Source of the DNA: Camelus dromedarius
Lineage: Eukaryota
Assembly: GCF_036321535.1 (NCBI RefSeq)
Contig: NC_087437.1
Location: forward strand, 23,066,001 to 23,130,000
Length of the DNA stretch: 64,000 nt
Direction of reading: 5' to 3'
Of this stretch, positions 40,101 to 54,050 are shown in pieces. A program made the translations under genes and the position numbers. Position 1 is the stretch's first letter; each line of letters starts with the position of its first letter. A model generated the notes under the pieces. That model ran no database searches, was not told the origin of the DNA, and saw nothing but the letters and a program-made list of their open reading frames with translations.

Positions 40101-42489
40101 AACTCAGTCCTCTGATCATGACTTTTGTTTTCTATCTTCTTGGAACCAAAAAGAGGAGAAGAAGAGACTATGTCTCACTTTCCTAATATGTGATTCTTTT
40201 TCTACTGTCCATGCCCTGCAGCTGGATTGGAAGAAAGGTCTAGGTACTTAGGCATTCTGGGCTGGGAGATTAGGCTGAGTCTGAACTGATTCTCTGCCTC
40301 CTGCTGCCTCTCCCTTCCTTCCTTCTTTCCCCACATCTTTGTTATTTTCCCACTATGGGCTGATACTCTTTTGTTAATAAAGATATAAAAAAAAAGAAAG
40401 GGATTAGATACAGTGAAAGAAATAGGAAGACACCAAGGAGAGAAACAGGGAGGGGAGGGAAAGGGAAAAAAAGTGGGAAGGGAAAGAAGGAGCCTATGGG
40501 AGGCAAGAGAAGAGGCAGTTTCAGTCAGTTTTGCACATAATATTCGAGTCTAAAGAAATTACATGTCGGGCAAAAGCTTTAAGTGAAACATGGGGTTTCC
40601 CTAAGAGGGTCTGGTGAAGAAAGAGTGAGTAAATAGAAAGAAACGTAATAAGGAAATGAGGTGACAAGAGGAGGCTACAAAAGCAAATCACTTATTTTAA
40701 AACCTTTCTCAAAGCCAATCCCAGTTTTGAATTACTTCTGCATTCTACTGCAGAAGGTACAGTATCTCTACACCATTTCTTTGAGTCTGTGTGCTTTGTA
40801 CTAATGAATGTTTAATGAATGAATGGAGCATTAGGGAAATTTGATATTTTCTCAATTCAGGCTTAAAATTTAAGCCCTCATATTTAGTTTCTAAGTCTTA
40901 GTCAAATTAGCCAGTGAGTGAAGGGATAGAAATGGGAGAGTGGGGAGGAGTGAAAAGTCTCAAGCGTGTGTCAGTGTCTACACGCAGGTATTAAATCTCT
41001 TAGAGCATGGGGCTAGTTGAAATCTACAGTAATATTAAAATGTGGATAGGTAACTCAGAGTGAGTGCTAAATGCTCCCAAGGATTTTGGAGCTTCAACAG
41101 CAATACAGCCTCTCACTAGTAGAGATAATGTCTCCTCATCTCAGAGATACTCAGCAGTGGTTTGGAATAGATGAAGATCTGTCCCAACCCAATGCTCAGC
41201 ATGTCAGAGGCATTATATCTTCACTCTGTGCTCTGAGATGAGTTCTGACTAGATCTAATCTTCAGAAATGAAAATGAAACTAAGCTTTTAATATATATTT
41301 GAAGATAAGTAGATGAGAGAATCTCTGCTTGGACAGCAACTGTGTAAGCAATGAAGATTATGGCTTAACTCAGCAGTTATTTAAGTGTGTTTTCTCCCTT
41401 TTTGGCATGATGATAATGGCCAGGATAATGCTTTTCATTTTTCTCTAAAGTAACAATGCAGCCTCTAATCATCCCATTGCTTGAAATTACTTTCAATATT
41501 GGCTAGAGAGGCGCCGGATGCTCTCGTGGTTAAAAAAAAAAAAAATATATATATATATATTTTAAAAGGAGGAAGGGAGTAGAAATGTGAAAAAGGAGGC
41601 ATTTCTAGGCATGAAGTAAAAATAAATAGATTGTTAGAGTGAGTTTTGAAGTTTCTTCAAGGGAACCATAGATATCTGTTATTTCTAAAACACTGCTCTG
41701 TTTTGCTTTCTCCATTTTGCCAAAATGCTTTGAGAGCATCATCTGTTTGTTAGTCCCAGGGATCTTTTGCTTTTCATAATACCATCCAGGAACAAAGCAT
41801 CATCCGTACGACATACAGGGAGGATGTGAGAAGTAAAGACACTCGATCTTGAGTGAACTCAAGTTAGGAGAGGGAACTGGATTTAGTTGCTAGAATAACA
41901 AGTCACACGTGCCTCTGAGAGTCAGTCTGTGCATGAGTGCACACAAGTGACGCGAATATGTTTGTGCCCTCGACTTGCACAGCACTGCCAACACATTAAT
42001 TCAGAATGTGACCTGAAGCCAAACATTTACCTTGATTTATTCTAAAGATGTGAGAACATTGTCTTCATCCCTGTTACACATGTTCTGTCTTAATTTAGTT
42101 TGGTGATAGAAGGTCTTTGAAGTCTGAAATACATATGCAGCATGGGAGGAAAGATCTGCTGCTAAATTTGTTTAAGACTAAAAATTATTGTAAGTATCCA
42201 ATTTGTTTTGAGTAACAACACAACCCACAAACAGGCACACCACTCAACACCTCACATACATGACAGTTGTTGAAGTGGCACATTCTACTGCTCAGGAAAT
42301 GGTCAAGAAGCTAAACGTAAGGCTTGGAAAGGCTTCCCAATATTATGGCCTTTGCCAATAAAAAAATCCTAACTTAGTATTTATTTATTCTTGTTTCAAG
42401 CTTATTTATCTGGTTTCTGAGCATGCAGTAGGTCAGAGCATCTAATTATAGAGAAAGTGGTCCTAGAAGACCCTTACAGAGTCTGTTAG

Positions 42490-42660
42490 ACCCTTTCCCA
42501 TATAGCAAGGGAGAGATGACAACTTGGCCAATATGGTGATGAAAATTATTAGAAAAAGACAAAAGTCCATACGACAAGAACACTATTCTGTGGTTCTTCT
42601 ATATAACATTCTTCAGGAACCCCAAAGTATATCACATTAGAAGAAAGTAATGCCAAGGAT
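42490..42660 (-). pseudogene. PKD1-family relic exon: GAIN region (3' boundary approximate)
   Basis: Acceptor tatatttctcaag|; YFGVPEEC...SVLVV / LSFSNNFH resembles the GAIN F.lP....v.....F..NPf segment. Confidence 0.35.
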
Positions 42661-42963
42661 CTTGAGAAATATAAAGCAAAATACATGTTTTAAAAGTAGG
42701 AAAGCCTGTAGTATTTTTAAATGGCCAAATATGCTTTGATTATGAGACACATGGCAGATTAAATAAGAATTTGCTGTGTATGTGTACTGCTTTCCATTTC
42801 TTCATAAAAATATTTCTCCTGGTGGGGGAGCTGTATACTTTTTATGTTAAATTCATTCCCTTTTAACAAATTTTCCACTTTCTGGAACTAAACACTTTGG
42901 CAATAATCTTTCTGGGTCATGCTTGGTAAAGTAAACAATGCTTTGGAGAAGAGCCAATTATAC

Positions 42964-43150
42964 CTTCATATGTAGGCTTGTGGATTCTAAGTTATGTCAT
43001 GAGGTTTCTTGAGGTAGAAGCCAAAATGGCGAGAATTTTTTCTCTATTACTTTTCTCTTGACTCCCTTACCCATGCAATTTCTTTTCCAAATATGGACCT
43101 CAGTTGCATGTTCCAAATTCTTCTCAGGGTAATAAATTATTGAACTTTGG
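42964..43150 (-). pseudogene. PKD1-family relic exon: GAIN region (5' boundary approximate)
   Basis: EKILAILAST / QETS*HNLESTSLHMK across a frameshift, like the GAIN d.iLa....g.....l.t....m segment; donor AAG|GTATAA at 42963. Confidence 0.4.
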
Positions 43151-43684
43151 CCAGTGACAGTGGGGAAAATGGAGTTAGGGTAATGGGGCAAAGATAATGT
43201 GAATCAGGGTTGAAAAACTTTTATTTAGCTATAAAAGTGTTCCAGAATAGAGTTTGTTTCTGGCTATCCCAGAACACAAAGACCCTTGCTGCCTGTCAAG
43301 TCTGGTTCTTTTTTTCCTGGCTTGGTCCTTTTTGAAAGGGCAAGATTTCTCTTAAGATATTAGCATGTTTCCCTTTGATCCTTCTATGAGCATATTTATT
43401 AACATTGCTCTTTTTTATGTGTATTTTAGTTCAAGAACACATTTTAAAAATTTGATCAAGCTCATCTTTTCTTATAGGCATATGTAATTTTTCTTTAAAT
43501 GGTTTTGTAGATAATAAGGAAATCTGATGTATGCTCAGGGATGAACATTATGGTATTCCTTGGGGTCTTAAGCCTCCTCTTGTAAAACTGAAAGGCCCTC
43601 TGTGGAAAACACTGTTGAAAGATTTACTAACCAGAGAGGCTCAGATTAGGGTGGGCAGCTTGAAATTCTTTCAACTGAATACTA

Positions 43685-43765
43685 CATGCAGTTATCAAAC
43701 ATCCTTATACTATGATAGCTGCAAAATGACAGATATAACCTGAGCTAGTGGTGCTGATTTCTCTT
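43685..43765 (-). pseudogene. PKD1-family relic exon: helical GAIN-A-like segment (approximate)
   Basis: KSAPLAQVISVILQLS*YKDV resembles the i.Qv...i..Lt helix after REJ; AG-containing acceptor region at 43760-43767. Confidence 0.4.
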
Positions 43766-43988
43766 CTAGGTTGTAAGTAATCACACATACTTCACACTGG
43801 TAATAATTTGTTCTATAACTCAATTATAGCTCACATGTTGTGCTAATTGATTGGAGGAACCTCATTAGGTTTATTTTTCATTCATTCTGAAAGATCTTTG
43901 GTTTCAATAGTCACTTTAACTTCATGAAATAGATGTGAAAATTGTCTCCATTTTTGCCCTTGTGCTGTGCACACATAACGTTGCTTAC

Positions 43989-44300
43989 TTTAACATGCTT
44001 AAAAAGAAATTCTATTTTTGTTTCAATCTTTGTGATCATGCTTGATATACATAAATCCTGCTTACGAGAATTTACTTTTAGCTTTAGACTACTTCTCAAG
44101 GTTATCACATCCTTTTGGAATTCTAAAGTTATCTCGCTTATAGCTCCTTCCCAATCTACTAGTGTAATAATGAGGTGGGTGGTATGAGGCCTCACCTGCA
44201 TACCTGGCAAAGCTTTCCCATCTGAGAGACAGAGAATATTCTTATAAGCATCTTTATCCAAAGTATGTTCTCCAGGTAACTAGCATTCAAGAGTGTACAA
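43989..44300 (-). pseudogene. PKD1-family relic exon: C-terminal REJ domain
   Basis: Acceptor tatttccag| and donor AAA|GTAAGC give 312 nt, phase 0-0. LYTLEC*LPGEHTLDKDAYKNILCLSDGKALPGMQVRPHTTHLIITLVDWEGAISEITLEF... matches the REJ end pattern F.l.C...YK.I....LP.G....l.i...v.D..GA.s.vTL. Single TAG at 44280-44282. Confidence 0.75.
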
Positions 44301-46789
44301 CTGGAAATATACTAGGGCCATCAGTGAGTAGGAATAAATTAGCCTTTTGGCTGGAGGCCATGTCATTATGCACTTCTGTTTTTTAATCTTCTAATGTATA
44401 AAGTGATGACTATCTGCATTACTCAGGCTGAAGTGCAGATTTTATTCCCTGAGAGAAAGTAATATCTGAGAAAGGAAGAACCCAAACTTTACTCAATAAA
44501 TAACTGCATAACTAAAGATGGGCCTTGTAAAATCTGGCAGCACTTTGGTATGGCGGTAACTACTCATAAGTACAGTCTGAATAACGAAACTAAAACTCAG
44601 TGAATACTTTATCATTTGAACATGTTAGCTTTTCCCAAATTAATCTGAGTTAGTAAAGTCTTATTGTGTTTCGTAACTAACCACTTAGATGTTTCCGAAA
44701 GACTTGAGAAGCTTATGATCTCGGCCAAGTCAAACCTGGTTCATCAACTTTAGAGGAAACTTTGAAGGATTACTCTTGAAAGGAAATGTCTTCCTAAAGA
44801 TCTAGCAGTCATAGTATGTTTCATTTTTATTTACAGGTTCTGGTGAGAACAACAAGAAAATAATATGATCCTGGGAATTGACAAGCTTATATTAAAAAGA
44901 GTGTAACTATTTTGGCAAGCTTACAATGGGCACAAGATGTTTTACCATAACATTTTAGCATGTCTCCAATATTTTGTTTTTTGTGGGTTTTTTTGTCCTG
45001 AGGCAATTTTTCCAACTATCCTAATAAAGTTTACCTGAGGTTTTGACTTTTATTTATTTTCTCCTTTGGGGAAAAATCTCACAGTAAAACCAGCTGCAAT
45101 AGTTCTTCAACTAAAAGGAAGTGAAGGATGTTGCATTTGAATATACTATTCTATCCTCTTTTCCATCATTTCCGTTGCTATCGTTTGAGTTGGTTATTCA
45201 TCTGTAGCTATTTTCAAAAAAGAAAAAAAAGAAATTACAGCAGAAGACTGAGTCTACCGTATGCTATTGCCTATGGCCTTCAGCAGACATCTGGTTTACA
45301 TTTTCTGTCTGCCTCAGAAGTTTACTGGCTCTTGAGAACATGATAGGAAAATTAAACCAAGAATAAAAAAAAAATAAGCTGTTTAGAGAATTAGACTGAG
45401 GAGGAAGAATGAAATTGCAACAAGAAGAAAAGTAGACCTACCCAATTCAGAGGATCTCAGAAGCCCTCACACCCCTCCTCCCTGAAGGGACCTGTGCATC
45501 TTTGCAACATGTTCTCTGGGAACAGGGCCTGCACATCTTGCCCCTCTCTTGCATCAGAATGGAGCCATTAGGACAAGCACCTTCTGTTCTGGTCAAGGAC
45601 TCCTACTTACCTTGTTGCTGACTTCTTTAGTTAACCCTAAAGAGAGGAGAGGAGGATTGGAGAAAACTGAGGCCTATTTAATTTGGGGAGGAAAAATACA
45701 TTTACATCCTTTTTTCACCTCCATTCCTTACCTTACTTCTTACCTTCCTAAACTTCCTAAACAAATCAAATTAACAATTTTGTGACGTTGTGATATTAGG
45801 AACTGGTACAAAATAATTTCCAATTTACGAGGTAGCGCTATGAAAAAAAAAAAAGAAGACAGTGACAAACAGTACTTTAGGGGGGAAAAAACGTATCTTG
45901 AGACTGGGTGAGGACTAAAGGAATCAAACCATGACAAAGGGAAGACATACAGCATCTGCTGTTTCTGGATAAAAATCCCTTTTTGCAAAGGCTGATAATG
46001 GTCTAAATTGCTTTAATAAGTCATATCACTAGTTTATCCCAAATCTTAAGCAGTACACAACTCAATAAAATAGCAGCCTGGGGACACTTATTTGTTTAGT
46101 TTCTTTCAGGAAGTGCTTTTATTCAGAAATGCATCAAGGTTCCCATAGGTTAGCAACGTTTGGCTTAGCACAGTTTATATCCTTTTTGCACCAGAATTAA
46201 TGAACAGTTTTGTGCAGTCTCCTTCCAGATTTTGGATGTAGGCATAGTAGCTTGTCTGAGGATTCTTTCTTTTGTTTGTTTGTTTGTTTAATTATCATGC
46301 CTTATTTTGCTCTATTTCCTAATCTGGAAAACATCTGACAGGTCAAGAGAATAAGTTTTGCCCATCAGAGTTAGAATGATTTAGTGTGCTCACTTTGAAC
46401 AATAAATTGGTGGAGGAAGAGAGATGAAACAGCTCTGTTTACAGGCCGGGGCTTCAGAAGGTATGCATCCTGGCACAGAGGCCCTGAGGTTCAAGAGGCC
46501 TGATTTTCTTCCTCACAAGGTCCACGGACGGAGCTACAGAAACAGATTGAGCAGTGCTTCTAGTCCTACTTTGGATCCAATTAGTTCAATTTCCGTATGT
46601 TTTATTAGGAATAATAACAAGTACAAAACATAACATATTTTAATGTCTCCTTTGACATCCTCAGAGTTGTCCGTTTGACAATCTGGAACAGCACCTCTTG
46701 TTTCCCCCCATTCTCTGCCTTGTTCCTCTCTGTCTCTCCATTTTCCTTTATTTTTTGCTTGAAGATTGATTACGTGGGTTCAAATATCA

Positions 46790-46960
46790 TTTCTCATACT
46801 TCCAGTGGGATCTTGGGCAAAGATGGGCCTCCATTTCCTCATCTGTAGAGAGCGGATGATAATGGAGTCTCCTCTTAGATTGAGGATACTGTGGGATTAA
46901 ATGACTTACACAGTAAAGGATTTAAAATAGTGTGTGGCTCGTTGTAAAGACTGACCATTG
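46790..46960 (+). mobile_element. MIR SINE
   Basis: tcttgggcaa...tttcctcatctgtag...gggattaaatga. Confidence 0.65.
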
Positions 46961-47249
46961 CAGGTGGGAATGGGGAGTCGAAGGTATTGGTGGAGGTTTG
47001 AGACATCAGGGTTAAATGATGAAAGAGTTTTATCGATTTTCTTCACACAATCCTCAAAGCTCGTCACGAGAAGAGATTTTTAGGTGCTTTTATTGAATGC
47101 TTCGAGGCTTCTTCTGTGGAAGTACAGAACATCAGATGCTTTGGCCAGGGAATATCCACCAGTAGCCAAATAAATAAATAATGTCCAATGACAGTAAAAG
47201 AGGGGAGGTGCCGTGCTCATGAGCTGAGGGCTGGCAAATAATTTAGAAC

Positions 47250-47560
47250 AACCTTTCTCAAGGTCATTTTGGCAATATGTATCAAAAGACTTAAACTGTG
47301 CAGGCTCTTTGACATAGTAATTTCACTTTTGGGAATTGTCCCCGAGGACATAACTAAGGATGTGGGAAGGTCTGAGCTCCAAGAGTGTTCAATGGAGTGC
47401 TCTTTGACAAACCAAAAGTTGGAAACCACCTAGCACTCAGCTGGTTAAGAACACGACGGTGCTTTCAAACAATGAACCACTATGCTATAAAAAAATTTGG
47501 ATTTATTAACGTAGAAAGATGATCGTTAATATATTGTAAGTGAAAACAGTGACTTCAAAA
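47250..47560 (+). mobile_element. Old L1ME/MC 3' fragment
   Basis: ttttggcaatatgtatcaaaag...ctttgacatagtaatttcacttttgggaat. Confidence 0.6.
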
Positions 47561-48522
47561 GCCTCAGAGTTCGATTTGCACATGGTGTGATAATGAGGGG
47601 GAGTGTAGGGAGTTGTGCACCAGGATGCTAAAGCGGTCCTCTTTGAGTGGGTTAGACTGGGTGTGGTTTTCATTTTTTTTTCTTTTTTTTTTTCTACACG
47701 TGTTCTGATTTCTGATCCTAGACAGGTATTAGTGTTTCAGTTTTAAACGAATTGTCAAATGAAAAATGAAAAGCTTAAAAATCTCAAATCTTATGTCTGA
47801 TTTTTAAAAATTCTGAAACCATTCTAAGCACACGTTGAACGTAAATCTGGGTTTCCAGGAATCTAGCAAATGAGACTATTCAATTACAACCAGACCAGAT
47901 CTTCATTTGCTCATCTGTGGGATGGCTACAGTGGTGATAAAACTACCTCTGTGAGGCTGTATGGATCAGATAAAATAATAAATGTGAAAGTATTTAGAAG
48001 ACTGTATGAGTGTCATTTGGAACTTATTATTAATCTGGAAGGGTAATTCACTGAACCCTGATGTAGAGAGGGATAAATTATGATTGAACAGCCAAAATGA
48101 TATGATTCCTTTTAGCCCAGTTTGTGCAGAACTGTTGCTTCTCAGGATTCTTTAGACGATACCTGGTTATCTTGTGAGATAGGTACTGAAGAACCCAATC
48201 GCTTAAGAAACTGCCAACATTGGCTAATAATTTAGTGAGAGTTCAGATTTCCTAACACAGAAATCATCAGAGTGAAGAAATAGTCAAGGTAGGATTTTCT
48301 ACACATATATTTACCAACTCACTCATATTGGCAAATAAACATGTCATAGGAGAAAAGTCTATTACCAAAAACCTATCATGTGCCTTGACATGTAGATGTA
48401 ATTACATTATGAGAGATAACTGACAATGTCAGCACAAACTCTCTGCCAGCATTAGGAATGGTAGAACATATGCTTCATTTTAAAAATTCTAAAACATAAT
48501 AAATTTTTGCATTAAGAATAAG

Positions 48523-49212
48523 TCAATTACCATATGATCCAGCAATCCCACTCCTGGGCGTATATCTAGAGGGAACTCTAATTCGAAAAGATACATGCAC
48601 CCCAATGTTCATAGCAGCACTGTTTACAATAGCCAAGGCATGGAAGTAAACTAAACATCCATCAACAGATGTCTGGATAAAGAAAAATGTGGTATATATA
48701 CAATGGAATACTATTCAGCTATAAAAAAAGAATAAAATAATTTCATTTGCAGCAATGTGGAAGGACTTGGAGATCATCATACTAAATGAAGTAAGTCAGA
48801 AAGAGAAAGAAAAATACTATGTGATATCACTTATAGGTGGAATCTAAAAACAAAAAAAACAAAAAAACAAAAAAAAACAAAACAAGACACAAATGAACTT
48901 ATTTGCAAAACAGAAACAGACTCACAGACATAGAAAACAAACTTATGGTTAAGGTGGGGGAAGAGGGTGGGAAGGGATAAATTGGGAGTTTGAGATGTGC
49001 AGATACTAACTACTATATATAAAATAGATAAACAATAAGTTTCTACTGTACAGCACAGGGAACTATATTCAGTATCTTGCAGTAACCTATAATGAAAAAG
49101 AATATGAAAACGAATGTGTATGTGTATGTATGACTGAACTATTATGCTGTATCCCAGAAATTGACACAATATTGTAGACTGACCTTACTTCAATAAAAAA
49201 AGAAAAAAGAAA
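48523..49212 (+). mobile_element. 5'-truncated young L1 (ORF2 end + 3'UTR + A-tail)
   Basis: ccatatgatccagcaatcccactcctggg...atggaatactattcagc ORF2 end, 3'UTR, AATAAA plus A-rich tail; TSD AAGAATAAG at 48514-48522 and 49213-49221. Confidence 0.92.
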
Positions 49213-49319
49213 AAGAATAAGGCCAAAATGTAGCTTAAAGATAATAGCTAAGACATATTTACTGCTTGCTTACTCTTTCCCAAGAATTGTGCTAAGTCAC
49301 TTGCTTGCATGATCTTAAT

Positions 49320-49506
49320 CAGTGGTTCTCAAGGCCTGGTTTCTGGACAAGCAGCATCAGCATCATCTGGCGACTTAATAGAGATGCATAACCTTGGCCC
49401 CGTCACAGGCCTTGTGCGTCAGAAACTCTAGCAGTGAGGCGCAGCAACCCAGGGGTCAACAGTTCCTCCGGGCTGTTCTGATGTGTGCTCAGTTTGAGAA
49501 CAACTG
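49320..49506. mobile_element. MER5A (hAT-Charlie) inserted in a MIR
   Basis: cagtggttctcaa...agcagcatcagcatcatctgg...gtttgagaacaactg terminal inverted repeats; MIR sequence on both sides (~49250-49319 and ~49507-49680). Confidence 0.85.
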
Positions 49507-51280
49507 ATCGAAATTAGCCCTCAATGTAACTGTCTGTGTCTGCTGTTACTATCCCTATTCTATAGCTGAGGAAATTAAAGGTCAGAGATTTTAAGCACCT
49601 TTTCTAAGGCCACTTAAGGAAGTACTAGGTCTAGGGCGTGAAATTGTGTCTCTCTGTTTTCAAAGCCAGTGAACAAGATCACTGTTTAACCTGAATGTTT
49701 ATTACTCTCCTTTTCCTTCTCTTCTCTCATCGCCAACCTAAGTGGTAGCAGGAGTTGCGTTAAGATGGAAGAGACTCGGAAAGGGTGGGGACCCAGGATT
49801 CCAAACACGATTCTGCCCTAGTACTGACACATCATTCATTCCACAGGCAATTTCTGAGTGAGAAATAGGTCAGGCAAGGAAGGGTGGGGCTCCAAACCCC
49901 AGTGTCAAGCTTTAGCTTTTATAAACTGACCTAAATTATGAGGAGCCAGAAGGACTCTTTTAGCTTATTGGTAGCCTCAGTGTCACAACTAAAGCTGGGT
50001 AGCGTTGTAGGTGATCTCCTCAAAACCACTTCGTTTTAAGCCCTCACACGGTCTCAGCCCTCTCTGGGTTCTCTTAATAGCAAGAAAAGGTAGACTGAAG
50101 GGAAAGCACACTAAGAAATGGAGCAGAAAGTCCCTTTGTTCCAGAAAATTTGTACAGACCTTCTAGACTTGGGCTTCTTTCCATCAATTTTATAAAGGCT
50201 ATTTTCAAGAAACAGTTCTGAGGAGACTTCCAAAGGGAGAAAACTGCTTCCACATAGACCTGGAACTTAATCCTCTTTCCTTGAGCACTGAAAGTTCCAT
50301 ACCTTTCACCCCTCCTTCACTCTGACGGCCCAGTGAGCCCCAGTCCTCCCTGAGCCTCCCAGGGACAGTGAAGAGGAAACTTGAGCTCTCCCTAGAGATC
50401 ACCAAGGTGGTGGCCGTAAGGTCGTCCTCTCGTGTGGCCAGAAGCAGATATCAAACCTATCCCTAAATGTTTCAAAGTGTGACTTTATTTTTAGAGGGAG
50501 AGACGTTAGAACATTTTTATTTGGAAGAAAGCTTCATAGAGGAAACTATAGGCATTTTAAAATGTTTGGTTGATCAGTTATCAGAAATGTAAATAAACCC
50601 TAAATCTGAATGGAATTTTTTTTTTTTTTGTAACCTTTGGAATTAAGTCCATTGCTCACCCCCTCATGGATTTTCTTTCAGGGAACAATTCAGAACACCT
50701 GTTTTATGGTTTGTGGTCTTCCTAATGTTCGTTTTCCTCTTCCTCTTTCTTAACACAACCCTGCTTTTATTCTGTTACTTCCTCTGTGTGGGCAGGTGTT
50801 TGAGGCATGACAAATGTCAGTTCCAGGGGTGAATTGTGATTGATACAGCCTTAACTACAAGACAGGGTCATCTAGGGAACTTAAACACCTCTAGTGCTCA
50901 GGCCCCGCCCTACTTAATTAATTAAATCCAGATCTCAGGATGTGGGCTCTACCCTGATTCTAATGAGCAGTGAGCATCTGTAGAGCCAGTCACAGGGCTG
51001 TCCCTATTCAGTGGTTGGTGCCATGCTTTGATAAAACATCAGAGTTGTGTCAACCTTTAAGGCAAATGTAGCTGAGGGTTTACTGAGAGGTTTTTCTCAC
51101 TGACAGCTTTAAAAAGGAAGTTTACAAGAAGAAACACCTTTGTTTCCTCTGGAAGGTATTATGTTTGCCTGTAAAACATGCAACTGTTACAGCTATATTG
51201 AAATCATGTGGTGCCAGCCCAAGAGGATGAGCTGATTTGCTGTGGATGGCACAGATGAAGAAGATAAAGAGTCGTCATTC

Positions 51281-52068
51281 TTTTTTATTACAGTATAATT
51301 CATTTCCAATGTTGTGTTCATTTCTGGTGTATAGCACAGTGATTCATATATATGAGGAATATATATATACATATATTTTTTTCATATTCTTTTTCATTAT
51401 AGGCCATTACGAGGTATTGAATATAGTTTCCTGTGCTATACAGTACCACCTTGTTATTCATCTTTTTTTATTTGTAGTAGTTAGCATCTGCTAATCCCAA
51501 TCTCCTAATTTATCCCATTGTATCCCCTTTCCCTGCTGGTAACCATAAGTTTGTTTTCTATGTCTATGAGTCTGTTTCTGTTCTGTAAATAAGTTCATTT
51601 GTGTCATTTCTTTCTTTTTTTTTTTTTAGATTCCACATATAAGTGATATCACATGCTATTTTTCTTTCTCTTTCTGGCTTACGTCACTTAGTTTGACAAT
51701 CTCCAGGTGCATCCATGTTGCTGCAAATGGCATTATCTTATTCTTTTTATGGCTGAGTAGTATTCCATTGTGTATATGTGTATGTGTATATATATATATA
51801 TATATATACAATCTCACATCTTCTTTATCCAGTCATCTGTCACTGGACAATGGACATTTAGGTTGCTTCCATATCTTCGCTATTGTAAATAGTGCTGCTG
51901 TAAACATTGGGGTGCATGTATCTTTTCAAATTAAAGCTCCCTCTGGATATATGCCCAAAAGTGGGATTACTGGATCATAGGGTAAGTCTATTTTCAGTTT
52001 TTTAAGGAATTTTCATACTGTTTTCCATAATGACTGCACCAAACTACATTCCCACCAACAGTATAGGA
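51281..52068 (-). mobile_element. 5'-truncated young L1 3' end
   Basis: Reverse-complement homologue of the 48.5 kb L1; flanked by TCATTCTT direct repeats. Confidence 0.9.
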
Positions 52069-53579
52069 CTCTTCATTCTTGATAATGTTGGCTTAGAGCC
52101 ACCCTATCTTCAGAATTATTTCTATGTGCAATCATACATATCCTTTGATTTTAAGATATTTTCATTTTTTAAAAAAATTACTCACAGCCAGAAACATTAT
52201 GATCAACTTACTTGTCTTTCAGGGACTTAACTAGTGGAACTAACTCTGATTTCCTACACAGTATTAGTCAAAGCCTAACTGATATTAGAGAGCGATTAGG
52301 ACAGTTCTCAGTTCAAGAGCTAGATGGCTTTGAGAGGAGATACATATATATATATATAAATTAGAGTCATCTAGGGGGATTTTACAAAAAGAGACACATG
52401 TCCCATCTCAGCTCTTTGGGAAGGGAGAGTACAGTGGAATCATGGGGTAGAGGGTAGGGGGCAGGTAAGTATTATAGTCAGAGGGAGAACTAGGGAAACT
52501 TGTTTTGAAAACTTCCTAAGTGATTTAGATACATTTCCATACACTTCTCATCTACTGCAAAATACTAGTTTAAGAAATACTAGTCATTTAAATTATAAGA
52601 TTCTCTAAATTTCAACTCCGTAGTAAGCTAGAAATAGCTAGTCATGTTTTAGTCTAGGAATAACTGCCCCCATCCACTTCCTTTACAGAACCATGATTTA
52701 ACATTATCTTCATTACTCACAAACCTCTACATACTTGGGTATAAAAATATACTTTGTACAATTTCTTGTCTCCAAGAATTCCCAGGATTCTTTAGGAGAC
52801 TCAAATGTGTCTTTACAAATTCAATCTTCTTGTTGCCTACTGTGACCCCCGGCAAGCCAGAGAGCCCCACAGCCGATGTCTCCATGGCAGAGCTGTCACT
52901 TTGGCTGGGTTGGGGCTCGCTTCCCATGAACTAAGCTACTTTTGGTTCCCCTGGAGTGTCATGTGGCCCAATGCTGTTCTTAACCTTGACTGTGGCAGTT
53001 CATTCAACTTTCATAAAGGCAGAGGAAACGCTTCCTCCCTCTGTGTCATGCTGTTAGGGTTTGCCACAGCAGGGTGTATTGGTGACAAAGTGCAGAGGTC
53101 AGGGAGAGAGGACCTTCAGCTCATGTGTACAGCCCTTCCTCTCAGGTCTCTGGAATTGCTGGCCGAGGACAGGTTTTCATGGCCAGAAACCACCACTCCC
53201 ATTGGGCATTCATCCCTTGGCTGAGGACTGGAAGCCAGACTTTTCTCCCTTAGAGCAAGTTTTCTTTCTGTGTTCTCATGGACTTTGTCCATTAGACTGG
53301 TTGATATGTCCAAATATCAGTGCAGTTTGTGGAAGGCTGTTTTTGTTTCCCTCTGGAAGGTTTTCTAACCCCCAGTGTACATAAGTAGATGTCATGGAAT
53401 AAATGTAGGATGGATGTGTCATTCTTGGCACACCAAAGCCACGATAGTCCCTGCTCTGCCAAGACACCAATCCTATTACATTTGCAGAATTAGGGTATTG
53501 TCTGTCCATTATACTGTTCAGTGTTCCATATATAAAGACTCAAGTAAATTTTTCCTCAAGACCAGGAATATTTTTGTTG

Positions 53580-54050
53580 TTTTTCATTTAGCAAGCATTT
53601 ATTGAATATCCATTTGCCAGGTTCTAAGGGATATGTTGGTGATGCAAGGATGAATAAAATATAGAACTTCCCCTCAAAATTTTCAGACTGCCATCAGGAG
53701 GCAATTAGAATGCCATTTGAGAAATGCTGTAAGGTGGCACTCAAACTTGTTTTGGCTATTGCCTAAAAACTAGCCCTTCCACTGCCTCTTATTTGGAAGT
53801 CTCCTGTACTTCACAGTTCAGCTCAGCTACCACTGCCCTGAGGGGAGCCCTGGGTGAAGCAGGCCACCACTGCCCCTTACCCACCATTATGTCCTCCTGC
53901 ATCATTAACCCTCCTAAGTACCTCTCATGGTACTTAGCGATATTGGAAATGATCCTATTTGTTTGTAATATAAACTCTATGCAGGCAGAGCTGTCTGCCT
54001 TGTGCACTGCTGAATCCTCAGTGTTTACAAATGTGTTTTGGATAATATCA
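53580..54050. mobile_element. L2 fragments
   Basis: catttagcaagcatttattgaata...ccagg (L2 3' end), and tgtctgccttgtgcactgctgaatcctcagtg in the opposite orientation. Confidence 0.6.

Noticed and set aside
48831..51980. ORFs of 112, 85 and 95 aa
   Set aside because: They lie in L1 3' ends, read antisense.
52805..53224. Longest plus-strand ORF (139 aa)
   Set aside because: No recognisable motif or convincing exon boundaries; overlapping open frames on both strands suggest chance.
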